From Ignavibacteriales bacterium (GTDB lineage: Bacteria > Bacteroidota > Ignavibacteria > UBA10030 > SZUA-254), in NCBI GenBank assembly GCA_016218025.1, contig JACRFD010000038.1:136874-200873 (forward strand): a stretch of DNA of 64,000 bases, read 5' to 3'. Below, piece by piece: positions 1 to 8,998 of this stretch. The notes beneath the pieces were generated by a model. It did no database searches. It worked only from the letters and a program-made list of their open reading frames with translations, and was not told where the DNA came from. How positions within the stretch are numbered: position 1 is the first letter of the stretch; each line of letters starts with the position of its first letter. Made by a program: the position numbers and the translations under genes.

Positions 1-5
1 ATCGA

Positions 6-542
6 ATGAAAACTTACATTGCATTATTCAGAGGCATTAATGTCGGCGGTAAAAATTCATTGCCGATGAAAGAGCTTGTTGCCATTCTGGAAAATATTGG
101 CGTCCGTGAAGTCAAGACCTATATCCAAAGCGGTAATGCAGTATTTCAGAGCGATGAAAAAAACTTGCCACAACTCTCCAAGCGACTGACCGCTGAAATC
201 AAGAAGCGTCATGATTTTGAGCCGCATGTTCTTATTCTCAAGTTAGATGCAATAAAAAGAGCAATGACGGAAAACCCATTTCCTGAGGCAGAAGCAGACC
301 CAAGCAGTTTGCATCTTGGTTTTCTTGTCTCTACACCTAAGAATCCTGATCTTAAGAAACTCGAGAGCTTAAAGAAGAAAAGTGAACGGTATTATCTAAG
401 CGATCATGTTTTTTATTTGCATGCGCCTGAAGGGATTGGCAGATCCAAGCTTGCGGCAAGCACCGAAAAATTACTTGGTGTTCCGATGACAGATCGCAAT
501 TGGAGGACTGTGTGCAAAATTATTGAAATGGCAAGCGAGTAA
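6..542 (+). CDS. DUF1697 family protein
   Basis: N-terminal YIALFRGINVGGKN, VKTYIQSGN and C-terminal T.RNW.TV motifs typical of DUF1697. Confidence 0.85.
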   Translation: MKTYIALFRGINVGGKNSLPMKELVAILENIGVREVKTYIQSGNAVFQSDEKNLPQLSKRLTAEIKKRHDFEPHVLILKLDAIKRAMTENPFPEAEADPSSLHLGFLVSTPKNPDLKKLESLKKKSERYYLSDHVFYLHAPEGIGRSKLAASTEKLLGVPMTDRNWRTVCKIIEMASE

Positions 543-674
543 ATGGCAACGTCCAAATTTTCTAGAGATAAACGAATTATTTTCCGCTAAAATTTGTTCT
601 TTAAGTAAGCATTCTTGCTTTTTCTTCTAAAGAAATATTTAATCAGAATCAAACTTAAAAAGGAGCAAATTAGT

Positions 675-1082
675 ATGGCTACAAAATTATTTGTCAACTT
701 ACCAGTTAAAGACCTCAAGAAAACTATAGCGTTCTTCACCAAATTAGGATTCACTTTCGATCCAAAATTTACGGATGAGAATGCAACATGCATGATAATT
801 GGAGAAAATATTTTCGCGATGCTTTTAGTAGAAAAGTTTTATAAAACATTTACAGATAAAGAAATCTGTGACACTGCAAAAAGCACTGAAGCGATTTTAG
901 CGATAACCGCTGAAAGCAGAGAAAAAGTAGATGAAATGATGAACAACGTTATTTTAGCAGGTGGCATGGAGCCAAGAAAATTACAAGACCACGGATGGAT
1001 GTATGGCCGCAGTTTCCAGGATGTTGATGGACATCTTTGGGAAATCTTTTACATGGATGAGAGTGCCATGAAGCAGGGTTGA
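675..1082 (+). CDS. VOC/glyoxalase-bleomycin resistance family protein
   Basis: MATKLFVNLPVKDL...GWMYGRSFQDVDGHLWE; AGGAG at 661-665 supports ATG 675 rather than the ORF-track start 615. Confidence 0.85.
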   Translation: MATKLFVNLPVKDLKKTIAFFTKLGFTFDPKFTDENATCMIIGENIFAMLLVEKFYKTFTDKEICDTAKSTEAILAITAESREKVDEMMNNVILAGGMEPRKLQDHGWMYGRSFQDVDGHLWEIFYMDESAMKQG

Positions 1083-1175
1083 AAAATATAATCCTTCCGG
1101 AATGGTTAGTGCCAATTTTGTTTTCTCTTATGTTCTGCTTAATTTAAGTCAAAGTTGACTGAGTAACAAAGCATT

Positions 1176-1275
1176 ACACGAAGGGGCACGAAGAAAAAGA
1201 TTTCACGAAGAACCACGAAGAAAAAGATTTCACGAAGAACCACGAAGAATCTCCGTGATCTTCGTATAACAAAAA
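1176..1275. repeat. CACGAAG/CTYCGTG inverted-arm repeat module upstream of GxxExxY gene
   Basis: Six CACGAAG units, including a 27-bp tandem duplication (1187-1213, 1214-1240), followed by complementary CTCCGTG..CTTCGTATAACAAAAA. Confidence 0.9.
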
Positions 1276-1289
1276 TAAAGGAGGAGAAT

Positions 1290-1661
1290 ATGGAATTTGA
1301 ATCGTTATCGAAGGATGTCCTTGGTGCCGCAATAGAAGTTCATAAACATCTGGGACCTGGGTTGCTGGAATCAGCATATGAAGAATGTTTATCCTACGAA
1401 TTGATGCAAAGTGGATATAAGATCGAGCGGCAGAAACCGATTCCTGTAGTGTACAAAGAAATTAAATTGGAGTGTGGATACAGAATCGATATCCTTGTTG
1501 AAGATAAAATTGTATTGGAATTAAAATCGGTAGATTGCTTTAATCCAGTTCATGAAGCGCAGATACTGACTTACATGAAATTTGCTCAGAAGAAAGTCGG
1601 GTTGTTGATTAATTTCAATGTTGAGCTTCTTAAGAATGGTATTAAAAGGTATGTTCTCTAA
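1290..1661 (+). CDS. GxxExxY protein (PD-(D/E)XK nuclease-like family)
   Basis: VHKHLGPGLLESAYEECL signature, YRIDILVE and ELKSV motifs, GLLINFN; GGAGG RBS. Confidence 0.92.
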   Translation: MEFESLSKDVLGAAIEVHKHLGPGLLESAYEECLSYELMQSGYKIERQKPIPVVYKEIKLECGYRIDILVEDKIVLELKSVDCFNPVHEAQILTYMKFAQKKVGLLINFNVELLKNGIKRYVL

Positions 1662-1860
1662 AATTATTTCACACGAACCATCTCCAAGCAACTCCGTGTA
1701 TTCTCCGTGAACTTCGTGTAACAAAAATATATGATTGTTGATATTCTCGTGGTTATATCCAGAGAAGAGTGTGGATTCAAGGTTAAAAAATTATTTCACG
1801 AAGGGTCACGAAGAAAAAAAAATAACGAAGAAACACGAAGCATCTCAGTGTAAATTCGTG

Positions 1861-1908
1861 CCTGTACGCCGGAGTGTTTTCTTGTTTGAGTTTCGGCACG
1901 CAGGTGTG
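1861..1908. mobile_element. CCTG...CAGG(C/T)GTG miniature palindromic insertion, copy 1 (REP-like)
   Basis: Imperfect arms CCTGTACGCCG / CGGCACGCAGG plus 4-nt tail; absent from the equivalent position of the module at 1692-1722. Confidence 0.55.
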
Positions 1909-2044
1909 TATTCTCCGTGGACTTCGTGTAACAAAAAAAATATGATTGTTGATATTCTCGTGGTTATATCCAGAGAAGAGTGTGGATTCAAGGTTAAAAA
2001 ATTATTTCACGAAGGGTCACGAAGAATCTCAGTGTAACTTCGTG

Positions 2045-2091
2045 CCTGCACGCCGGATGTTTTCTTGTTTGAGTTTCGGCACGCAGGCGTG
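2045..2091. mobile_element. CCTG...CAGGCGTG miniature palindromic insertion, copy 2
   Basis: CCTGCACGCCG...CGGCACGCAGG CGTG; near-identical to 1861-1908. Confidence 0.55.
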
Positions 2092-2129
2092 ACTTCTCCG
2101 TGAACTTCGTGTAACAAAAAAAGGATTGT

Positions 2130-3491
2130 ATGAAAAATAAAATCAGAATAGCATCCGGACAAGGTTTCTGGGGAGATCTGCAAACCGCGCCAATGGATCA
2201 GGTATCAAAAGGTCCAATCGATTATTTGATGATGGATTTTCTTGCGGAAGTAACTATGTCCATTATGCAAAAACAGAAACGCCGCAATTCTGAACTTGGC
2301 TACGCGAAAGATTTAGTTCAGATTATCGAACAAATCCTTCCTATCTGCATAGAGAAAAATATCAAGATCATAACTAACGGCGGTGGAGCTAATCCCGAAG
2401 GTTGTCGTGATGCTATTTTCAAGTGTGCAAATAAAAAGGGATATAAGAATCTCAAAATTGCGGCAGTGCATGGCGACGATATACTTCCGAACATCGACCA
2501 ACTTCGTAAGCAGGGAATTCCATTCACAAACTTAGAAAATGGCGCATCGTTCGATTCTATCGGGCATAAAATGTTAAGTGCAAATGTTTACTTCGGCGCG
2601 CGACCGATTGTTGAGGCATTAAAACAAGGCGCCCAAATTGTAATCACAGGAAGAACGACAGATACGTCACTCACTTATGCGCCGATGATACACGAATTCG
2701 GCTGGTCTTGGGAAGATTGGGATAAACTTGCTGCCGGCGTTGTGGCGGGACATATACTTGAATGCGGCGGACAGGCGACAGGCGGAAATTTTTCTGCCGA
2801 CTGGAAATCGGTACCCGATCTTGCACACATCGGATTTCCAATTGCTGAAGCATATCCAGATGGCGAGTTCATTGTTACAAAACATGAGAACACAGGCGGA
2901 CTTGTTTCAGTTGATACGATTACGGAACAGCTTATGTACGAGATTGGCGATCCCAAAAATTATATCACGCCCGATTGTGTTGCCGATTTTTCATCAATAA
3001 AACTTGAACAGGTTGGAAACAATAGAGTTAGAGTATTTGGAGTGAAGGGGAGACCCGATACCGACACATTCAAAGTCTCAATGGCATACGCCGATGGTTA
3101 CACGGCTGTTAGCACGCTAACTTTCACCTGGCCAGATGCGCTGGAGAAAGCGAAGAAGGCGGATGAAATTCTTCGAACGCGCCTCGCCGATTTGGGTTTG
3201 CACTTTGATGAAATACGAACTGAATTTCTCGGTTTGAATTCTTGTCATGGGCACTTGGCTCCAATGCCTGATAAGATCAATGAAATAGTTTTGCGAATTG
3301 GTGTGCGTTCACACGATCATCATGCTGTTGAAAGATTCGGGAAAGAGATCGCACCGTTAATTCTTACTGGACCTCCATCAGTCACCGGATTTGCCGGGGG
3401 CAGACCCAAACCGAGCGATGTCATTGCTTACTGGCCCTCGCTTATTCCCAAAAAAGATATCAATCCGATTGTAACGGTAACGTCAATTTAG
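2130..3491 (+). CDS. Acyclic terpene utilization AtuA family protein (DUF1446), N-terminal part
   Basis: IRIASGQGFWGD, DFLAEVTM, GHILECGGQATGGNF, EQLMYEIGDP motifs. Confidence 0.85.
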   Translation: MKNKIRIASGQGFWGDLQTAPMDQVSKGPIDYLMMDFLAEVTMSIMQKQKRRNSELGYAKDLVQIIEQILPICIEKNIKIITNGGGANPEGCRDAIFKCANKKGYKNLKIAAVHGDDILPNIDQLRKQGIPFTNLENGASFDSIGHKMLSANVYFGARPIVEALKQGAQIVITGRTTDTSLTYAPMIHEFGWSWEDWDKLAAGVVAGHILECGGQATGGNFSADWKSVPDLAHIGFPIAEAYPDGEFIVTKHENTGGLVSVDTITEQLMYEIGDPKNYITPDCVADFSSIKLEQVGNNRVRVFGVKGRPDTDTFKVSMAYADGYTAVSTLTFTWPDALEKAKKADEILRTRLADLGLHFDEIRTEFLGLNSCHGHLAPMPDKINEIVLRIGVRSHDHHAVERFGKEIAPLILTGPPSVTGFAGGRPKPSDVIAYWPSLIPKKDINPIVTVTSI

Positions 3492-3515
3492 TTTTATATT
3501 TTTATTGCAGATAAG

Positions 3516-3546
3516 AAAAAAGCCCCAACATGCGAGCTGAGGCTTT
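3516..3546 (-). terminator. Rho-independent terminator for the 3564-4541 gene
   Basis: Minus strand AAAGCCTCAGC-TCGCAT-GTTGGGGCTTT followed by a U-run. Confidence 0.6.
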
Positions 3547-3563
3547 CAATTATTGAGGAAAAA

Positions 3564-4541
3564 TTAATTGGCTGACCGACCTGAGGCTTTCAAATTAATA
3601 TCGATGTAAGTCAGGTTGTTCGAATAATCGAATGTGGGAATCCCGCCTGTTCCTTTCGTCGGAATTATTCCACTTATACCATCGAGGAAAAAAGTATTGA
3701 GTGCTATGGTGGGATGACCTGTGCCATTCATTCCATCCAAACTGAATGTTAACCGGTACGTTCCTGCTCCGGCATTCATGTCACGAGTTTTCCAGTTGTA
3801 TCCATAAATAATTTTGCCTGGTATATTTATTTCGGCAGAGTAATAACCTGAACCATCTGCTGCTTCCCACACGCCGCCGTTAAATAACACCGTAGCCGCA
3901 TCTTGACCTTCCCAGATTCCAAGTCCGGGATTCCATATTGCATTCTGAACAACTCCTTTAGGCTGAATCATCTTTTGGATTGTCAGTCTCGCACAGCCGG
4001 AATAAACTGTTGACTTTGTGCTTTGATATGTTGCTGTATTTGTTCCCCACATTTCTGAAGTTCCCTTTCCATACAGCAGTTGCATAGTGAAACCGAGCAT
4101 TGTAGGCCATTCTGTTGTTCCGAGATTTTTAAACAGGACAACCTCAGTTCTTAGAACTGATCCGATTGACCAGTCTTTCGATTCAAGGTTGTCACCCCAA
4201 TCGAATGAATCGACCACGACCTGCGGTCCGGCTGCGGCACTAACTAATAAATTCTCTGCTTGCCATACATTGAATTCATCCTGTTGTAAATACCAATTGA
4301 TACCATCAACCGTTAAATATTTGCCGGTAAAATTCGGAACTCCATATGTTCCTCTCAGAACTTTTGTAGCTCCATCCGACCATATAACCGGGAAGGAGAG
4401 ATTATTTCCGAATACTATCGTCTCACCACCGCCACCTTTCTGTAGCGGGCTGAGTTCTGTGTTCGGTGCAATTTGATCATACGAACATTGTGTAAACAAT
4501 GCTAACCAACATATAATCAAAACTAAGATAAGTTTATTCAT
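3564..4541 (-). CDS. Hypothetical exported protein, probable lipoprotein
   Basis: 325-aa ORF; basic N-terminus, hydrophobic stretch, FTQC lipobox-like site; own promoter and terminator. Confidence 0.75.
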   Translation of the reverse strand: MNKLILVLIICWLALFTQCSYDQIAPNTELSPLQKGGGGETIVFGNNLSFPVIWSDGATKVLRGTYGVPNFTGKYLTVDGINWYLQQDEFNVWQAENLLVSAAAGPQVVVDSFDWGDNLESKDWSIGSVLRTEVVLFKNLGTTEWPTMLGFTMQLLYGKGTSEMWGTNTATYQSTKSTVYSGCARLTIQKMIQPKGVVQNAIWNPGLGIWEGQDAATVLFNGGVWEAADGSGYYSAEINIPGKIIYGYNWKTRDMNAGAGTYRLTFSLDGMNGTGHPTIALNTFFLDGISGIIPTKGTGGIPTFDYSNNLTYIDINLKASGRSAN

Positions 4542-4617
4542 AATATTTAACCCCTTAAATATTAATTTGAAATTAGTTAATTAGGTGCTTTAGATTGCCC
4601 ATTTGATGTGCAAATGC

Positions 4618-4646
4618 AAATTACGAATTTTGGATCAGCAAGTCAA
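4618..4646 (-). promoter_or_regulatory. sigma70-type promoter
   Basis: Minus strand TTGACT-17 nt-TAATTT upstream of ATG 4541. Confidence 0.5.
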
Positions 4647-4783
4647 GGCATTTTAAATATTTTACGTAATATTTTTTTATTAATCAGAATATCGGATATT
4701 ATAGTGTTAATTAATTGTTTGATAATAACTCAATTTTGTATATTTTGATTTGAAGGTTAAAATATTATTTACAGGTTAATGTT

Positions 4784-5107
4784 ATGAAAATTAAATTAGA
4801 AAATATTTGTCATACCCGTTCAGGTGATAAAGGTGACACTGCCAATATAGGTTTGATCGCTCTTAAACCTGAATATTATCCGATCATAAAAAAATATGTT
4901 ACTGAAGAAAAAGTAAAAAAACATTTCGAAGGTATCTGCCTGGGGAAAGTTGTTCGTTATGAAATGCCCAATCTTAACGCCTTGAATTTTCTGCTTCACA
5001 ATTCGCTCGGCGGTGGAGGAACTGTATCTTTGATGAATGACGCTCAAGGAAAAACACTCGGCAGCGCTTTGTTGAGAATGGAGATTGAAGTAGAGGAACA
5101 AGTATAA
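4784..5107 (+). CDS. AtuA-related small protein (C-terminal AtuA ferredoxin-like domain)
   Basis: HTRSGDKGDTANIG and LGGGGTVSLMNDAQGKTL motifs. Confidence 0.85.
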   Translation: MKIKLENICHTRSGDKGDTANIGLIALKPEYYPIIKKYVTEEKVKKHFEGICLGKVVRYEMPNLNALNFLLHNSLGGGGTVSLMNDAQGKTLGSALLRMEIEVEEQV

Positions 5108-5251
5108 AGAAGTAGTATTATTAATATCCAAAGCAAAAAGTCTTTCTGAACGCAATTCATGAATAGTGATTTATTCGCTGTGTTAGTGACCTACACAGCG
5201 GGCCAGAATCGAAGTACCTAAAAAACAACTAAATAAAAACAGGATATAAAA

Positions 5252-6772
5252 ATGCTTTTACATCAGCAATTTGTCAGAATCGCAAAACAGTATGAGAAAA
5301 AACTCGCAATAATAGATCGGACTCTTAACCGTCGTATCACATACAAGCGAGCGCTAATTGGTGCGCTTCTGCTTGCCAAGAAATTTCAAAAATATCCTCA
5401 CGGGTTTTTAGGAATCATGCTGCCGAATTCTGCCGGCTCTATTTTATCAATTTTAGGAACGCTAATGAGCGGGCGCGTGCCTGTTATGATAAATTATTCA
5501 ACAGGCGCCTCAGCTAATTGTGAATTCGCCCAAAAGAAATGCGACTTCAAAACTATTATTACATCAAGAGCGCTGTGTGAGAAAATTAATTGCACGAAGA
5601 TAGAAGGGATGATCTATCTTGAAGACATCATGGAATCAATTTCTTTCATCGACAAGATTAAAGCGGCGATTACTGCGGGTTTATCAGTCGATCAAATATT
5701 AAAAAAAATACATGCAGGTGATGAAGACGATACATTGCTTATTTTGTTCACAAGTGGTAGTGAGAAAGACCCGAAAGGTGTTCAACTAACACACAGAAAT
5801 ATTACATCCAATTACGAAAGCCTTATCAAGGCATATTCGTTTTCGTCTGAAGATATATTTTTGGCAAATTTGCCATACTTCCATGTTTTTGGACAAACGG
5901 CAAATCTTTGGGTACCAATAGCTGTAGGAATGACAATTGTTACGTACGCAAATCCACTTGATTTTAAAGTGGTTTGCGATATTGTTCGAGAAGAGAATGT
6001 GACGCTGATGGCCGGAACGCCAATGTTTTTCTGGGGCTATCTCAGAAATTCAAAACCTGGTGATTTTAAATCGGCAAGAATCCTTCTTTCCGGAGCAGAT
6101 AAATGTCCGGATGCTCTTCGGAAAGGTTTTCTTGAAAAGCATGACAAAGTTTTACTTGAAGCATATGGTACAACCGAAACGAGTCCTGCAATTACTGTCA
6201 ATACTCCTGAATATAATCGTCCCGGAAGTGTGGGACGTCCAATAGACGGTGTTCTTGTCCGAGTGGAAAATTATGAAACCGGTGATGAATGCTGTGTGGG
6301 AGAAATCGGGAAAATTCTTGTTAAAGGTGATAATGTAATGAAAGGGTATTTTGATGATTTTGAACAGACGTCGTTGAGCATTCGTCATGGATGGTACGAT
6401 ACAGGCGATATGGGATATTTGGATGCGGAAGGTTTTCTATGGCATGTCGGCAGACTGAAACGTTTTTTGAAGGTCGGTGGTGAGATGGTATCGCTGATAA
6501 AAGTTGAAGATGTTCTGGAAAAACTTCTGCCGCCGGATATAGAATGTTGCGTTGTCGAAGTTCCTGATGCGATACGGGGAGCCAGGATTGTTGCTGCGGT
6601 TACAAAGCCAATCGATGATAAAATGATTTTTAAGAAAATGTCTGAGCAACTCCCGAAAATATCACTGCCGAGTAAATTCGTTGTAATACCTGAAATGCCG
6701 AAAACAGGGAGTGGAAAAATTGATTTCAGAACTATCACCGAAAAAGTCAGAGATGTGGTTCAGAATAATTGA
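5252..6772 (+). CDS. AMP-binding acyl-CoA/acyl-ACP synthetase (Aas C-terminal-like)
   Basis: LFTSGSEKDPKGV, YGTTETSP, WYDTGD and terminal KTGSGKID motifs. Confidence 0.85.
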   Translation: MLLHQQFVRIAKQYEKKLAIIDRTLNRRITYKRALIGALLLAKKFQKYPHGFLGIMLPNSAGSILSILGTLMSGRVPVMINYSTGASANCEFAQKKCDFKTIITSRALCEKINCTKIEGMIYLEDIMESISFIDKIKAAITAGLSVDQILKKIHAGDEDDTLLILFTSGSEKDPKGVQLTHRNITSNYESLIKAYSFSSEDIFLANLPYFHVFGQTANLWVPIAVGMTIVTYANPLDFKVVCDIVREENVTLMAGTPMFFWGYLRNSKPGDFKSARILLSGADKCPDALRKGFLEKHDKVLLEAYGTTETSPAITVNTPEYNRPGSVGRPIDGVLVRVENYETGDECCVGEIGKILVKGDNVMKGYFDDFEQTSLSIRHGWYDTGDMGYLDAEGFLWHVGRLKRFLKVGGEMVSLIKVEDVLEKLLPPDIECCVVEVPDAIRGARIVAAVTKPIDDKMIFKKMSEQLPKISLPSKFVVIPEMPKTGSGKIDFRTITEKVRDVVQNN

Positions 6773-6847
6773 AGATATATCTAAGGAAGATCTGAAAAAA
6801 TATTTTGGAGGAATTTGATTGAGAATAATGATTCGTAAGGAAATTAT

Positions 6848-7432
6848 ATGACGAAAAGATGCAGTTGGTGCGGTACTGACGAAATGTATATAGTTTACCA
6901 TGACGAAGAATGGGGAGTACCCATACACGATGATCGGCATCTTTTTGAACTGCTTACGCTTGAAGGGGCGCAGGCAGGTTTAAGCTGGTTGACTATTCTT
7001 AAGAAAAGAGAAAATTATAAGAAGGCATTTCATAATTTTAATATCAAAAAAGTTGCCGGTTATTCTGTGAAAGATGTTCAACGGCTTCTCATGAATTCTG
7101 GTATTGTGAGAAATCGGTTAAAGGTTGAATCAACTATTACTAACGCTAAAGCTGTATTAAAAATTCAGAAAGAATATGGATCGTTCGATTCATATATATG
7201 GCAATTTGTAAATTACAAACCCCGACAAAATAATTGGTCAACAATAAAACAACTTCCTTCTCATACAACTGAATCTGACGCGATGAGCAAGGATTTAAAA
7301 GCGCGCGGATTCAAATTTATTGGTTCAACAATTTGTTATGCATTCATGCAAGCAGTTGGGATGGTGAATGATCATACTGCCGATTGTTTCAGATATAAAG
7401 AAATTAAGAAACTTGTGAAAAAAGCATTGTAG
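6848..7432 (+). CDS. tag: DNA-3-methyladenine glycosylase I
   Basis: RCSW, YHDEEWG, LEGAQAGLSW, MQAVGMVNDH..C motifs. Confidence 0.95.
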   Translation: MTKRCSWCGTDEMYIVYHDEEWGVPIHDDRHLFELLTLEGAQAGLSWLTILKKRENYKKAFHNFNIKKVAGYSVKDVQRLLMNSGIVRNRLKVESTITNAKAVLKIQKEYGSFDSYIWQFVNYKPRQNNWSTIKQLPSHTTESDAMSKDLKARGFKFIGSTICYAFMQAVGMVNDHTADCFRYKEIKKLVKKAL

Positions 7433-7518
7433 TTTAGAAGCGTTATACCTTCCACAGTTATTCAATTATTACCTTCACTTTTAATTCATTTTCAGTAAAA
7501 ACACAAAATTAATGTAAA

Positions 7519-7563
7519 AATATGTCAAATATACTTGACATATTGTAAAATATATATTACATT
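7519..7563 (+). promoter_or_regulatory. sigma70 promoter overlapped by palindromic operators
   Basis: TTGACA 7535-7540, 17-nt spacer, TACATT 7558-7563; perfect inverted repeat AATATGTCAA-N6-TTGACATATT at 7519-7544 and TGTAA-N8-TTACA at 7544-7561. Confidence 0.75.
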
Positions 7564-7587
7564 ACAAAGTGACTTTTGGAGAAATGA

Positions 7588-7797
7588 ATGAAGACCAGTT
7601 TAAGAAAATACAGATTTGAGCAGGGCGATTTAAGTCAGCAACAACTTGCCGATATGGTGAAAGTCTCTCGACAGACGATCGTAGCGATTGAGCGCGGAGA
7701 CTACAACCTATCAGTGAAGCTTGCGTTGGTACTCGCACATAAACTCAACACAACCGTAGATCAACTATTTCAACTTGAGGAGAAAGATTATGTTTAA
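7588..7797 (+). CDS. XRE/Cro family HTH transcriptional regulator
   Basis: LSQQQLADMVKVSRQTIVAIERGDYN HTH_3 pattern. Confidence 0.9.
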   Translation: MKTSLRKYRFEQGDLSQQQLADMVKVSRQTIVAIERGDYNLSVKLALVLAHKLNTTVDQLFQLEEKDYV

Positions 7798-8473
7798 GAA
7801 AGACAAAATATTCTGGATGGCAACTTTTATTTTTGTTTTGGGAATTGTTATCGCAGGCATAACTCAAAATCAGTTGTGGTTATTTATACTTGTCGGATCG
7901 TATCTCCTCAGACCCACACTAGCTTCGCTGAATATTGGAAGAGAAAGTATCGATGAGCGACAGATGAGTATCCAATATCGCGCTGGAAATATTGCGTTCG
8001 CAGTTATGGTTATTGGATCTATTGTCATATCAATCTGGGAAAGCAGCAGGGGTGATCATAGCTGGGAATTTTTCAATGCTATAGTTATTCTTGGTATCGC
8101 GGCGCGTGCCTTGGCAAATGTTATTCTTATTGGAAATTACCGAGAGTCGGCAACAAAAATAATTATGACAGTGGGATTAATGGTTATACTTTTTGTCACT
8201 CTTGAAAACGGATTTAGTCTGGGTGGTCTTATAGAATCACTCCCAGGGCTGGGTATCGTAGGTGTCGGCTGGTTATCAAAGAAATATCCCAAAACAATTG
8301 GTGGAATAATATTTGTCATAACAATCGCAATGCTATTTCTGATTTTGAGCCGGGGATTTGTTATAGGGCAATTTATTACTGCCGTACTAATTACAGTTCC
8401 CTTAGGTACTGCTGGAATTGGTCTTACTATAGGTGATAGAAGAAAAGACGATTCTGATGATGTGCACGCTTAA
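7790..8473 (+). CDS. Integral membrane protein (DERQ-containing, DUF2178-like)
   Basis: About 8 hydrophobic segments; IDERQ motif; ATG 7790 with GAGGAG RBS overlaps the XRE gene end. Confidence 0.7.
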   Translation: MFKKDKIFWMATFIFVLGIVIAGITQNQLWLFILVGSYLLRPTLASLNIGRESIDERQMSIQYRAGNIAFAVMVIGSIVISIWESSRGDHSWEFFNAIVILGIAARALANVILIGNYRESATKIIMTVGLMVILFVTLENGFSLGGLIESLPGLGIVGVGWLSKKYPKTIGGIIFVITIAMLFLILSRGFVIGQFITAVLITVPLGTAGIGLTIGDRRKDDSDDVHA

Positions 8474-8509
8474 TCTACTTCTTATTCATTTTTAAAAAAA
8501 AGAGAGACT

Positions 8510-8908
8510 ATGCAAAAAAAACATATCAAAACATTATTCTTATTTAGTGCACTAATTAGCACTTTGTTTTCATCTTGTATTATGCAAGGAATAGAGCCGA
8601 TTCCAGCAGATAAACAATCGTTCATTGGAAAATGGAAATCGGAGGTAGGTATAGAGATAGAAATATTCTCGAAAGGGACTGCCAATATAGTACGTCTTGA
8701 AAATAAAACTGGCACCGAGAAGTTAGATATAAATGCATCCGACCCAACAAATTTCAGAGTCTATTTTCCCAAGGACAGCATCTTGATGTTGATTCAACCA
8801 CAAAACATCGCACGTGAGTATAGAATTGATCGATATCCGACAGGGCTCGATAATAAAGTGACGATGATGCTAAATGGTGTAACGTTGGTGAAAGAAGAAT
8901 CCAAATAA
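8510..8908 (+). CDS. Hypothetical lipoprotein
   Basis: Signal peptide ending LFSSC. Confidence 0.7.
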   Translation: MQKKHIKTLFLFSALISTLFSSCIMQGIEPIPADKQSFIGKWKSEVGIEIEIFSKGTANIVRLENKTGTEKLDINASDPTNFRVYFPKDSILMLIQPQNIAREYRIDRYPTGLDNKVTMMLNGVTLVKEESK

Positions 8909-8998
8909 AAGAAACGGAACAATTTATTGTCTTCAAGACAGTGTTCTATGAAACTTAAACTAATTAACCCAATAATAATTAAAAAGAAAGGAACTCAC

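Larger units (their letters stand above)
1662..2120. repeat. Array of three further inverted-arm modules separated by two identical 54-bp spacers
   Basis: CTTCGTGTAACAAAAA at 1712, 1922 and 2105; perfect 87-bp direct repeat 1729-1815 / 1940-2026. Confidence 0.9.

Noticed and set aside
1735..2037. 100-aa ORF (and the 1174-1377 minus-strand ORF)
   Set aside because: They are translations of the repeat array with no RBS or family motif.
1176..2120. CRISPR array
   Set aside because: Repeat units vary in length, the two short spacers are identical, one slot holds a gene, and no cas genes are present.
5176..5200. CGCTGTGT/ACACAGCG hairpin as an ncRNA or riboswitch
   Set aside because: A single short stem with no recognisable aptamer motif.
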